DNA of 64,000 bases, taken from contig CAVQBK010000013.1 of the NCBI GenBank assembly GCA_963710755.1, positions 369,872 to 433,871 of the forward strand. The letters are read 5' to 3'. Below are positions 50,872 to 59,413 of this stretch, one piece after another; position 1 is the first letter of the stretch, and every line of letters begins with the position of its first letter. A program made the translations under genes and the position numbers. This stretch comes from an uncultured bacterium. Its GTDB lineage: Bacteria > Oederibacteriota > JAAXVQ01 > JAUVAV01. A model generated the notes under the pieces. It was given only the letters and a program-made list of their open reading frames with translations. It made no database searches and was not told the origin of the DNA.

Positions 50872-50907
50872 TTGTCAAGGATAAAGCCCGGGCTTTATCC
50901 TTGACAA
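50872..50907. promoter_or_regulatory. Perfect 36-bp palindrome TTGTCAAGGATAAAGCCCGGGCTTTATCCTTGACAA in the divergent promoter region. Its distal half overlaps a TTGACA -35-like hexamer (50901..50906).
   Basis: Read directly from the sequence. It lies between the HD-GYP start (50742, minus strand) and the TolB-like start (51039, plus strand). Confidence 0.6.
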
Positions 50908-51038
50908 ATTCCCGAAATATCCTTTAAAATTCTATAAAAATTCACAAGGAGGCAAGAAGCGTCGCGCCCTGGGCATAATCGGCAAAAGCACAGACCAACG
51001 CTTCCCTAACTTCCCTTGGCCTACACCTGGTTAACCCT

Positions 51039-52934
51039 ATGACAAATACATCTCGATTCAACCTCCCACGCCTCGGACTGGTATTGGGCCTGGTTTGCTT
51101 GGCCGCTCTTTCGATCATTGGTTGCCGAAAAAATACCCCCCCGGCACCTGCGCCCACGGTTATCGCCACGCCCATCACGCATAATGAACAACTGGTCTAT
51201 ACATCGTCCGGTCAATTATTCACTACCGACTTGTCCGGTGAAAAAATAGGCAAATTGGAAAATACGGGGAAAAACAATTGGTTCCCTTCCATGGCGCCGG
51301 ACCAACAGACTCTGGCTTACTGGTCTGATCAAAGCGGCAGCCATGAACTCTGGCTCTATAATTTTAAGACTGCAAGCGCCACCCGTTTGACCTTCTTCAA
51401 TTCCTCGGAAAATGATCCTGCTGCTCAAAATTTCAATATACACGATGCACCCACTTGGTCGCCCAACAGCCAGGAAATCGCCTTTTCCCGCATGGGACAA
51501 ATTTGGCTGATTGACCGTGAGGGCTATAATTTGGAAACCGTGGTAAGAGAGGGTAATAATTATAGTCCCAGCTGGTCACCCGATGGCAAGCTGCTGGCCT
51601 ACATCAGCCTGCAACATCAATCCCAAAACCTTTATTTGCGCCGTATCAAAACCGGAGAAGAATGGGCCATCACCACTTTTCCTGCTACCCACCATGCAGG
51701 TGGTCCATCCTGGTCACCGGATGGCAAAAAAATTGCGTTTTCCCTTTCCATATATGAAACCGTAGATATCTGGATTATCAACAATGACGGCACCGACCTT
51801 AAGCGTCTCACCAAGGACGGGGCCAGCAACGCTCCGGTTTGGTCCTGGGACGGGAAAAAAATAGCTTTTTCCTCCGGACGTCAGGATCCATATCATTGGG
51901 AAATCTGGGTCATGAACAGTGATGGCAGCGGCCAGTTTGCAGTAAGCCGCAATGGTGGTTTTTCGCCAACGTGGAGAAATTTGGAAACGGCCGTCCCGAA
52001 CCCGGCCTTACCTGCAATGGCCACAGCTCAACCGAACGCTGTAGCCAAGGCCACCATCAGCCCTGTACCGACATCCAAACCTACTACCAAACCAACACCT
52101 ATTCCTACCGTTCCGCCAGCCAAAATAAAAACCATACCTACGGCTGTACCCAAAGCAACACCTGTTCCGCCTTCATCAGATAACGCGGAATTGCTGGAAG
52201 ATTTGGAGGCTTTGGAGGAAGAAGCCCCTGCGGAAAAACCCACGCCCAAGCCCATGCCTACCAAAAAGCCCACGCTGGTGCCGACGATGGAACCTACACC
52301 CAACCCCACACCAATGCCAACCAAGGCTGCGACCAACCCACAATCTTCCGTCAAATCCCCGTCCGCGCCTGTGCAGAAAGAGGAGTATTTTGATGAAATG
52401 GGCGACCTTACCGACGAGCCTCTTCCGGAAGAACCGCCGGCCGTCAAAACAACACCTGCACCTTCCCGGCAGCCTTTGGCGAAAGCCACAGCCGAACAAA
52501 AAAACAACGAAGAAGAATCTTATGCTGAGTTCGAGGAATACGCTGATGAAGATGCTGTGGTTCTGAAAAATGAAAATAAAAACGGCGGCCAGACCTTGCC
52601 TGGCAATGTGATTACCTTTGAACCGGAAATACAATTTTATTTTGCCAAGGATTTAATTAAAGCTTCTTCACTGACAGAATTGGATAAACTGGCCAAGCAG
52701 ATCGAAGCCTATCCCGATTCTCCTTTGATCATAAAAGCCATGATCAAAGGGCCCAAATGGCTCCCCTTGCTCAGAACCCTGGCCCGGGCCAGAGCCAACA
52801 GCGTGTTGCGACACTTGATTGTCAATGAGAATATCCGTCAAATCAATGTCACCGCAATTGCAGAAGGTGATCCTTATCCCGACCTGAGCGATCAGGTTGA
52901 AGACCTGCCGATTTTATTGGTGGTGATTAAATAA
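51039..52934 (+). CDS. TolB-like periplasmic beta-propeller protein (PD40 repeats) with a long Pro/Thr/Lys/Glu-rich linker and a degenerate OmpA-like C-terminal domain.
   Basis: Signal/lipobox-like N-terminus (…SIIGCRK); repeated 'SWSPDGK/SPSWSPDGK' PD40 units; linker 'PTTKPTPIPTVPPAK…'; C-terminal '…LARARANSVLRHLIV…AIAEGDPYP'. Confidence 0.7.
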   Translation: MTNTSRFNLPRLGLVLGLVCLAALSIIGCRKNTPPAPAPTVIATPITHNEQLVYTSSGQLFTTDLSGEKIGKLENTGKNNWFPSMAPDQQTLAYWSDQSGSHELWLYNFKTASATRLTFFNSSENDPAAQNFNIHDAPTWSPNSQEIAFSRMGQIWLIDREGYNLETVVREGNNYSPSWSPDGKLLAYISLQHQSQNLYLRRIKTGEEWAITTFPATHHAGGPSWSPDGKKIAFSLSIYETVDIWIINNDGTDLKRLTKDGASNAPVWSWDGKKIAFSSGRQDPYHWEIWVMNSDGSGQFAVSRNGGFSPTWRNLETAVPNPALPAMATAQPNAVAKATISPVPTSKPTTKPTPIPTVPPAKIKTIPTAVPKATPVPPSSDNAELLEDLEALEEEAPAEKPTPKPMPTKKPTLVPTMEPTPNPTPMPTKAATNPQSSVKSPSAPVQKEEYFDEMGDLTDEPLPEEPPAVKTTPAPSRQPLAKATAEQKNNEEESYAEFEEYADEDAVVLKNENKNGGQTLPGNVITFEPEIQFYFAKDLIKASSLTELDKLAKQIEAYPDSPLIIKAMIKGPKWLPLLRTLARARANSVLRHLIVNENIRQINVTAIAEGDPYPDLSDQVEDLPILLVVIK

Positions 52935-52965
52935 GTGTTGGTGCGCAAAGGCAGAAGCACCCGTA

Positions 52966-52993
52966 GGTCGTGTCCGTAGGGAACAGGCATGCC
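52966..52993. repeat. Third palindromic element (GTAGGGAACAGGCATGCCTGTTCCCTGC) in the convergent TolB-like/FadL-like intergenic region.
   Basis: Perfect 22-nt palindrome core GGGAACAGGCATGCCTGTTCCC; it shares the TAGGGAAC / GTTCCCT arms with the other two copies but has a different centre. Confidence 0.65.
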
Positions 52994-53093
52994 TGTTCCC
53001 TGCCAATGCGTTTTTTCTCTCCGCGCTCTGTTCGGTAAAGCGCCATCCGCCAAGGACAAGATCGCGCCCATTTCCATGATAAGCGGGTGATGA

Positions 53094-55028
53094 TCACCAG
53101 CCAGTAGGTAAGGCCTTTCGGGCCGCTTCCTTTTGTTCACACTCTTTCTTTAATTTTTCCAGATTTGGAAACAGGGCTTCCGCCATGGCAATGGTATTAA
53201 CATAATCGCCTTGCTGTAATTTGGTTTTCACCACCACCAGATGGTTTTTCATTTTTTGATAGCGTTCCGGAAAATAAGTGTCGCCTTTCTTTTGATCGAT
53301 CTCGATCATCAATTTAACCGCCCGTCCGTAAGCCCCCCGGGCCCGTCGTCTTTCCTTTTTTTGCTCATCAACTTTTTTGAGCACATGCTGCCGTTGTTGG
53401 GCTGGTTTAACGGCAGGGGCTGCCTGCGGAGGAATCTTCTCTGAAATGGGTTTGGTACTAAGTGTGGGTCTGTTCTCCATTTTTCTGGCCATCGCTTTGG
53501 CTTTGATCGCAGCCCGTTCCCCCAGGCGTTTGATATCATTGATAATGGAAACTGATTGGTCATTGGCAGCCTCATAATCCCGCTGACGGTAGGCGGCTTT
53601 AGCCGCTTGCAAGTCATCGCTCAGCTTCCTCCAGGCCTCTTTAAAGTAGCGCTGTATATCGTCGCGCCGTTGGCTTTGGGTGACCAGGCGGTTGGCCTCC
53701 GTAAGATTGGTAACAGCGGTTGCTTTAATTTCCCTATTAACTTTGCGGGCCCGAGCCTTTTTCTTCTTTCGCTCTTCTTTGTCCATGGTCTGCTGTTCTT
53801 TCTTGACCCGGTTCCAGGCGCGATTCACCTCATCATCTTCCGGAATAATGTCCAGAGCCTTCCGGTAGGCTTTGGCAGCATTGGTCCAGTCCTGCTTGGT
53901 TTCGTAATTTTCTGCCTGTGTTTTATAAATTTCGAATTTAGAATGTTTGTCTACTTCGTCTTGTAGAGATAACAAGGCTTCCGCCAACTGTTCATCATCG
54001 GGCAGGTATTCCACTGCTTCTTCCCAGGCATCCAATGCTCGCTGGTTATCCCCTTTATCTAAAGCGGCTTGGCCTATGATTTTCAGGCGCATGCCTTCCT
54101 GTTCCAGGGGGGTCAGACGATTGCGGCCAAAATGCCATGCCAGACCGAGGTAATGGCTGGACCCTAAATTTAATTGTTCTCCCATGGGCAACACAAAGCC
54201 ATAATCCAGTTGCAGGGCCCATTGCGACTGCATGATATTAAAGCCCAGACCTGCCGTTAATTCCTGCAGTCCATCATTGTCAAGCGCCATACCGGCCCGG
54301 GTAGCCAACAAACGGTGGAACCACCAGTACTCCCCGCCCAGGGATAAACGATAGGTGTTTCCGAACTGCCACCAATCCAGACTGCCGTCAAGTGTATCAT
54401 TCTGATAGGCTAATCCGGCTCGCAATTGCATAGGCAACAAAACCGGTTCATCAAAAAGAGCGACATTGGGACGGTTGACATTGGCTGCAGACAAGCCGAT
54501 GGTCCAATGCGGCAGCGGGGTGTAAAGGACGCCGGCATCGACAGCCGCAGTCAGCAAGGAGGAATGGGTTCTGAGAAAGTCATCCTGGGCAAGAGCTTGG
54601 TCATCGGTGTATTGAAGCATTAAGAGATTTACCACAGCTCCGACTTCCCAGCTTTTATTCTGGTCCAAAGCCTGTCCATAACCCAGACTAATTCTACTTT
54701 CCTGATATAGACCAAAAAGATTGCGCTGGTGCCACAAGAGGCCGAGAGCCGCAGGAATGGTCAATGGATAGGTAAAGGCCAATTGACTTTCCGTCAATTG
54801 GCCGTCATCCAACCCAGCATACAATTTGGCCCAACCGGTAGACAGACAGGCTTCCTGCAGGCCGGCAAGGCCGGCGGGATTATAAAGCAGGGCATCATTG
54901 TCATCAGCCAAGGCCGTAAAGGCACCGGCCATGCCGACCGCCCGGGCACCGGGCCGTTCCAATTCAAAGGCGGTGTGGCCAGCCTTGGCCAAAGTCAACA
55001 ACAGCATCAAACTCAATATCTTTTTCAT
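53094..55028 (-). CDS. FadL/PorV-like outer-membrane beta-barrel (N-terminal ~300 aa) fused to a TPR region and a long charged coiled-coil tail.
   Basis: Signal peptide; 'MAGAFTALADDNDALLYNPAGLAG' FadL-type N-terminal motif, paralogous to 14129..15061; then TPR-like '…AWEEAVEYLPDDEQLAEAL…AKAYRKALDIIPEDDE…'; K/E/R-rich C-terminus. Confidence 0.65.
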   Translation of the reverse strand: MKKILSLMLLLTLAKAGHTAFELERPGARAVGMAGAFTALADDNDALLYNPAGLAGLQEACLSTGWAKLYAGLDDGQLTESQLAFTYPLTIPAALGLLWHQRNLFGLYQESRISLGYGQALDQNKSWEVGAVVNLLMLQYTDDQALAQDDFLRTHSSLLTAAVDAGVLYTPLPHWTIGLSAANVNRPNVALFDEPVLLPMQLRAGLAYQNDTLDGSLDWWQFGNTYRLSLGGEYWWFHRLLATRAGMALDNDGLQELTAGLGFNIMQSQWALQLDYGFVLPMGEQLNLGSSHYLGLAWHFGRNRLTPLEQEGMRLKIIGQAALDKGDNQRALDAWEEAVEYLPDDEQLAEALLSLQDEVDKHSKFEIYKTQAENYETKQDWTNAAKAYRKALDIIPEDDEVNRAWNRVKKEQQTMDKEERKKKKARARKVNREIKATAVTNLTEANRLVTQSQRRDDIQRYFKEAWRKLSDDLQAAKAAYRQRDYEAANDQSVSIINDIKRLGERAAIKAKAMARKMENRPTLSTKPISEKIPPQAAPAVKPAQQRQHVLKKVDEQKKERRRARGAYGRAVKLMIEIDQKKGDTYFPERYQKMKNHLVVVKTKLQQGDYVNTIAMAEALFPNLEKLKKECEQKEAARKALPTGW

Positions 55029-56032
55029 CGTACCACGACCAGGGCGCCACGATAATGTACCTGCCCAGCAGTGATTAGATATAGGTAGGCCCCCGGTGCC
55101 ACCAAACGGTCCTGCTCATCTCGACCGTTCCATCGGGCACTGTAAAAAGGACTGCTGCCCTGAAGGGACAAGGTTTTGATCAGCCGTCCATTGAGATTAT
55201 AAGTAGCAACCTTGATCTCATCCGGTTTGAGATCGGATTCAAAAGTAACTTGCCACTGTTGCTGATAAGAGGCTCCTGGCGCAAAGGTCCGGCGATTGGT
55301 CTGTACGTTAACCAGCGGCCCCTGAACCGGATTCGAGGTCTCTGTGCTCGTGGGCGTAGAGGTCATGGTGACTATGGGTGTGGGGCTAAAGGTAGGCGTG
55401 ATCGTCAACGTGGGCGTCACCGTCGCGCTGGGGGAACCGGTTGGCGTTACGGTATAGGTAGCACTGATGGTGGCCGTGGCCGAAATTGTGGGTGTGGACG
55501 TCATGGTGACAAAAGGTGTAGGGCTAAAGGTAGACGTGATGGTCAAGGTAGGTGTCACCGTCGCGCTGGGCGTGTACGTTACTGACTCCGTGGGGGTAGT
55601 GGTTGGTGTAGCTGTTGGTGTTATGGTAGCACTAGGTGTAAAGGTCACGGATTCCGTAGGTGTTTCAGTGAGGGTGTCGGTAAGGGTAACGGATGGCGTT
55701 GGTGTATAGGTGACGGATTCCGTGGGCGTTTCGGTAGGCGTAACCGTATAAGTAATCGTAGCTGTAGGCGTGAACGTAGCTGATTCCGTTGGCGTTTCGG
55801 TAGGAGTCTCCGTTAAAGTGATGGTACTGGTTGGCGTAAAAGTAGCAGATTCCGTTAGGGTTTGCGTGAGCGTGGCCGTAAGCGTAATGGTTGGAGTAGG
55901 TGTAAAGGTTGCTGATTCTGTTGGCGTTTCAGTGAAGGTAGGGGTGGGGGATTCACTCCAGACAAGATTACCCTGCACCAGACCCAGGGTCAATGCCATC
56001 ATTCCGATTGCCAGCCCTTGTTTATACGTCAC
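55025..56032 (-). CDS. Secreted Thr-Pro-repeat (TPT/ETPT) protein with a C-terminal FlgD-Ig-like (T9SS-CTD-like) domain.
   Basis: Signal peptide; about 230 aa of (T-P-T-x-T/ES-x-T-F-T-P-T) repeats; C-terminal 'ATYNLNGRLIKTLSLQGSSPFYSARWNGRDEQDRLVAPGAYLYLITAG'; its stop overlaps the start of the FadL-like gene by 4 bp; TTGACG-N17-TATAAT promoter at about 56047..56075 on the minus strand. Confidence 0.7.
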   Translation of the reverse strand: MTYKQGLAIGMMALTLGLVQGNLVWSESPTPTFTETPTESATFTPTPTITLTATLTQTLTESATFTPTSTITLTETPTETPTESATFTPTATITYTVTPTETPTESVTYTPTPSVTLTDTLTETPTESVTFTPSATITPTATPTTTPTESVTYTPSATVTPTLTITSTFSPTPFVTMTSTPTISATATISATYTVTPTGSPSATVTPTLTITPTFSPTPIVTMTSTPTSTETSNPVQGPLVNVQTNRRTFAPGASYQQQWQVTFESDLKPDEIKVATYNLNGRLIKTLSLQGSSPFYSARWNGRDEQDRLVAPGAYLYLITAGQVHYRGALVVVR

Positions 56033-56171
56033 TTAGCCCCCTTAAAAACCGAATAATTCAATTATATAGAGAGGCTGGGTATTCGTCAATATGGAGCTTT
56101 GAGAAGTGGATCAAAGGAACTGCGCGCAGCCGGTCACTTTCAGGATCAGAGGATGACTTGAATGCTGCTGT

Positions 56172-56540
56172 TTAGGCCGCAGGTTTTGAGGCCAAGGTAA
56201 TTTTTTTCCAATACCAGTAATAGGCTAGAACCACCAGAACACCTGCCCCCAGCACGGATGCCATAGAGATAGTTTTAAAAACATACATGGTAATTAACAA
56301 CTGGTGGGATTGATTGAGCATATACAGGGGTGAGAGAAAACGGTAGACCACGAAATGGTTGATGGCACACAGGCACAAAAGTATACCCGCTGCCAGAGGA
56401 CCGATCCACAACGGCGGGTGCTGCATAGCCTGATTAATTTTGCGATAGGCCAAACTACCATAGATCAAAGCCAAGCCGAATACAATAAAGCTGATCTCAT
56501 ATAAATAAAAGCTGGCTCGGTACATAATGTTTTGCATCAC
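56172..56540 (-). CDS. Small membrane protein (4 TM), unknown function.
   Basis: 122-aa hydrophobic ORF with a 4-bp overlap with the upstream membrane gene. Confidence 0.5.
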   Translation of the reverse strand: MMQNIMYRASFYLYEISFIVFGLALIYGSLAYRKINQAMQHPPLWIGPLAAGILLCLCAINHFVVYRFLSPLYMLNQSHQLLITMYVFKTISMASVLGAGVLVVLAYYWYWKKITLASKPAA

Positions 56541-56890
56541 TGAAAATCCTGTTCCATTTTAATGATGTGCCGGTAAAAGTGTATTCCTGCCCACAGGCAA
56601 AGGCCGGCGGACCAAGTCAGAAAAGTATAACCGATCCATAGTTCCAACACACCCATATTTTGATGGCGCAAGGTGGCAACGGTTTGCATGATAAGGTAAA
56701 CCACCAATCCCAGAGGAGCAATCATTTGCATCAACCAGTAAGTCGCTACCCCAAAGGTTTGTTCATAACGGCGTGCGATCAGACCCATGAGCACAAAACC
56801 CGCCCACAAGGTAAGTCCTCCGAAAACAGCCATAAAGCTGGTTAAATTGACGAATAAGAGGTATTGCCCGGCGGTCAGCACTTTTTCCAT
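56537..56890 (-). CDS. Small membrane protein (3-4 TM), unknown function.
   Basis: 117-aa hydrophobic ORF; its start codon directly abuts the stop of 56891..59185. Confidence 0.5.
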   Translation of the reverse strand: MEKVLTAGQYLLFVNLTSFMAVFGGLTLWAGFVLMGLIARRYEQTFGVATYWLMQMIAPLGLVVYLIMQTVATLRHQNMGVLELWIGYTFLTWSAGLCLWAGIHFYRHIIKMEQDFQ

Positions 56891-59185
56891 TTAGACCTCG
56901 TCCTCCATATCGTCTCTAAGATCATTCTCGATTTGGGCAATGATTTTGACATCTGCAATGGCTGTTGCATTTTTTAAAATACGTTTAACCATGGCCCGCG
57001 ATTGTGCCCTGCTTATCGGCCGGCCGGTCGCCTGGGTTTGTTCTTGTTCCATGCGAAATAAAGCTTGGCCTAGAAATCCCATCTCTGCTTTAAAAATGGC
57101 CATGGCCCGTATAAGAAAATGATCGGGTGAATTTCCGGCAGAACCCACTTGCCCAGGCGGTACGGTCTCCGGGACGGTTGTGCTGGCCTCATCTTCCTCA
57201 ATGCCCTCTCCAATGGAGACAGCTTCAGACAGCGAAGATGGCTGTAGCGTCCCAGCCTTTCCAACATCAGTTCCGCTGGGGGCTGCGGAGGCCATCGATG
57301 ATGGACGCAGCGTCCCTTTCCTTCCAATATCTTCTCCAGTCGGGGCTGCAGAGGGCATCGAAGATGGCCGCAGCGTCCCAGCCTTTCCAACATCTTCTCC
57401 AGTCGGGGCTGCCGAAGGCGGTCTTGGCGCCTGAGGCGTCCCTTTCCCATCTATATCCTTACCGGTCGGGGCTGCGGAGGCCATCGAAGTTGGACGAGGC
57501 GTCCCAGCCTTTCCAACATCAGTTCCACTGGGGGCTGCGGAGGCCATCGATGATGGACGCAGCGTCCCTTTCCTTCCAATATCTTCTCCAGTCGGGGCTG
57601 CGGAGGCCATCGAAGTTGGACGAGGCGTCCCAGCCTTTCCAACATCTTCTCCAGTCGGGGCTGCCGAAGGCGGTCTTGGCGCCTGAGGCGTCCCTTTCCC
57701 ATCTATATCCTTACCGGTCGGGGCTGCGGAGGCCATCGATGATGGACGCAGCGTCCCTTTCCTTCCAATATCTTCTCCAGTTGGGGCTGCCGAAGGCGGT
57801 CTTGGCGCCTGAGGCGTCCCTTTCCCATCTATATCCTTACCGGTCGGGGCTGCGGAGGCCATCGAAGATGGACGCAGCGTCCCTTTCCTTCCAATATCTT
57901 CTCCAGTCGGGGCTGCCGAAGGCGGTCTTGGCGCCTGAGGCGTCCCTTTCCCATCTATATCCTTACCGGTCGGGGCTGCGGAGGCCATCGAAGTTGGACG
58001 AAGCGTCCCAGCCTTTCCAACATCAGTTCCGCTGGGGGCTGCGGAGGCCATCGAAGTTGGACGAAGCGTCCCAGCCTTTCCAACATCTTCTCCAGTCGGG
58101 GCTGCCGAAGAGGTCACTTTCTTTCCGCTATTTTTATCGGTCGACACCACATCTTGTTGGCTTTGATTAACCTGTTTGAGATCAGATTCAGCCGGTGTGC
58201 TTTCAAGGATCAGGTCATCGGCTTTTAAGCTTAAGGTTTCTTCAGCAATTTCTCTAATTACACTTTGGGCTGGCGAGCGTTTTTCCTGTTGCACCACTGG
58301 TTCACGCTTCAACAACGGCTTGACGGCGATCGGCTTTTTTTTGCCTTCAATAGATTCCTGAGCTTGTAATACACGCTCAATGGTCACTGGCATGGGCAGA
58401 TGGCTGTCAATAATATCCATTAAAATTTCCCAGCCCCCGCTGACCCAGTCCAGCACTTTCTGAAGATTGGTGATCAAAATGCCATTGTCCTGAGAATATC
58501 CGCCAAAGAATCGACCTTGGTAAAAAACCACAATGGCCAATTCGATATCCGACCCTTTGCGGGTATAAGATTGCCGGTCCAGGGCATCTTCCAACTCGGA
58601 CGGTGCGATGGCGCCAATCTCCACCAAAGCATCCCCCAGTCTTTTGGCGCCGGCTTGGGATAGTTGCAGGCGTACAGCCTCTTTAAGTTGTTCCGGAGAG
58701 ATTTTGTTCATGCGCAGCAGAAGGTTACCGAGACGCGTATTATTGCGAATGCGGTAAAAACGGAGAACGCCGGAGAATTTTTTTTGAGCCAGGGTCTCCA
58801 CTAATTTGTGCATATCGAGGAAGGAGCTTTCCAGTTCGCGTTGTACGGCCGGCGGTGTTTCCAGAGCACTAAGGGCTTCAATGATTTCTGAGGGCAAGTT
58901 ATAAATATTGATGACTGTATCGCGTTCTCTGGTTTCGCTCTGGAGAAAATGACGGATGATTTGTTCTTTGGTGAGATTTAATTCATCAGTGCCTTCATAG
59001 TAACAGGACAATACCCGTCCTTGAACAAAAACAATCAGGCCTTTTTCATGCAAGGCCAGGATTTCCACATAACCGCTGAAAGACTCCTCCATCAATCCTC
59101 GGATCAAGGCAGTCATATCAGTGGCACGATAATTTAAGTTTTCAGCTTTTACTTCGCCTTTAGGCAAGTAAAGTAAGGGCCACAA
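56891..59185 (-). CDS. Putative c-di-GMP receptor. It has a DUF4388-like N-terminus, a tandem MshEN (T2SSE_N) motif pair and a ~300-aa tandemly repeated disordered region (21/42-aa periodicity).
   Basis: Residues 151-174 'RLGNLLLRMNKISPEQLKEAVRLQ' and 182-205 'RLGDALVEIGAIAPSELEDALDRQ' fit the 24-aa MshEN motif RLGxx(L/V/I)(L/V/I)xxG(L/V/I)(L/V/I)xxxxLxxxLxxQ, separated by a 7-aa spacer (DNA 58571..58735). Repeats 'SAAPTGEDIGRKGTLRPSSMA/SAAPTGKDIDGKGTPQAPRPP' occur about 14 times. Confidence 0.7.
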   Translation of the reverse strand: MWPLLYLPKGEVKAENLNYRATDMTALIRGLMEESFSGYVEILALHEKGLIVFVQGRVLSCYYEGTDELNLTKEQIIRHFLQSETRERDTVINIYNLPSEIIEALSALETPPAVQRELESSFLDMHKLVETLAQKKFSGVLRFYRIRNNTRLGNLLLRMNKISPEQLKEAVRLQLSQAGAKRLGDALVEIGAIAPSELEDALDRQSYTRKGSDIELAIVVFYQGRFFGGYSQDNGILITNLQKVLDWVSGGWEILMDIIDSHLPMPVTIERVLQAQESIEGKKKPIAVKPLLKREPVVQQEKRSPAQSVIREIAEETLSLKADDLILESTPAESDLKQVNQSQQDVVSTDKNSGKKVTSSAAPTGEDVGKAGTLRPTSMASAAPSGTDVGKAGTLRPTSMASAAPTGKDIDGKGTPQAPRPPSAAPTGEDIGRKGTLRPSSMASAAPTGKDIDGKGTPQAPRPPSAAPTGEDIGRKGTLRPSSMASAAPTGKDIDGKGTPQAPRPPSAAPTGEDVGKAGTPRPTSMASAAPTGEDIGRKGTLRPSSMASAAPSGTDVGKAGTPRPTSMASAAPTGKDIDGKGTPQAPRPPSAAPTGEDVGKAGTLRPSSMPSAAPTGEDIGRKGTLRPSSMASAAPSGTDVGKAGTLQPSSLSEAVSIGEGIEEDEASTTVPETVPPGQVGSAGNSPDHFLIRAMAIFKAEMGFLGQALFRMEQEQTQATGRPISRAQSRAMVKRILKNATAIADVKIIAQIENDLRDDMEDEV
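57223..58114 (-). repeat. Coding tandem repeat, 63-nt unit (126-nt double unit), about 14 copies.
   Basis: The near-identical units GGCTGCGGAGGCCATCGA(A/T)G(A/T)TGGACG...CCAGTCGGG are visible directly; they also generate the spurious plus-strand ORFs 57127..58170 and others. Confidence 0.85.
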
Positions 59186-59413
59186 TGGTTTTGCTCCAAA
59201 AGTTGGAATATAGGCCAGCGGTCAAGACTAAATAAGCGGGTTTAATGATACCACCGGTAAAAAGCGATCGTCAACAGGTAATGGCCTGGAACGTGGGCAG
59301 GCGCGCTGTTTTTTTTTGGTATTTTCATGGTAAACGGTTGATCTTGTGACAGTTGGCCTTTAGACCCAGTAGAGGGTGGCAATAATGGCGTCCACTATTG
59401 GCGCTATTTTTTG

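Noticed and set aside
55250-55950. Possible CRISPR-like or other non-coding repeat in GTGG/ACGG-rich DNA
   Set aside because: The periodicity is irregular and the region is fully in-frame coding for the Thr-Pro-rich protein. There are no spacer/repeat alternation and no cas genes.
57127-58170. Plus-strand 347-aa ORF and minus-strand ORFs 57070..57450 and 57451..57702 within the repeat array
   Set aside because: They are artefacts of the 63-nt tandem repeat keeping alternative frames open. The in-frame 764-aa gene has coherent flanking domains.
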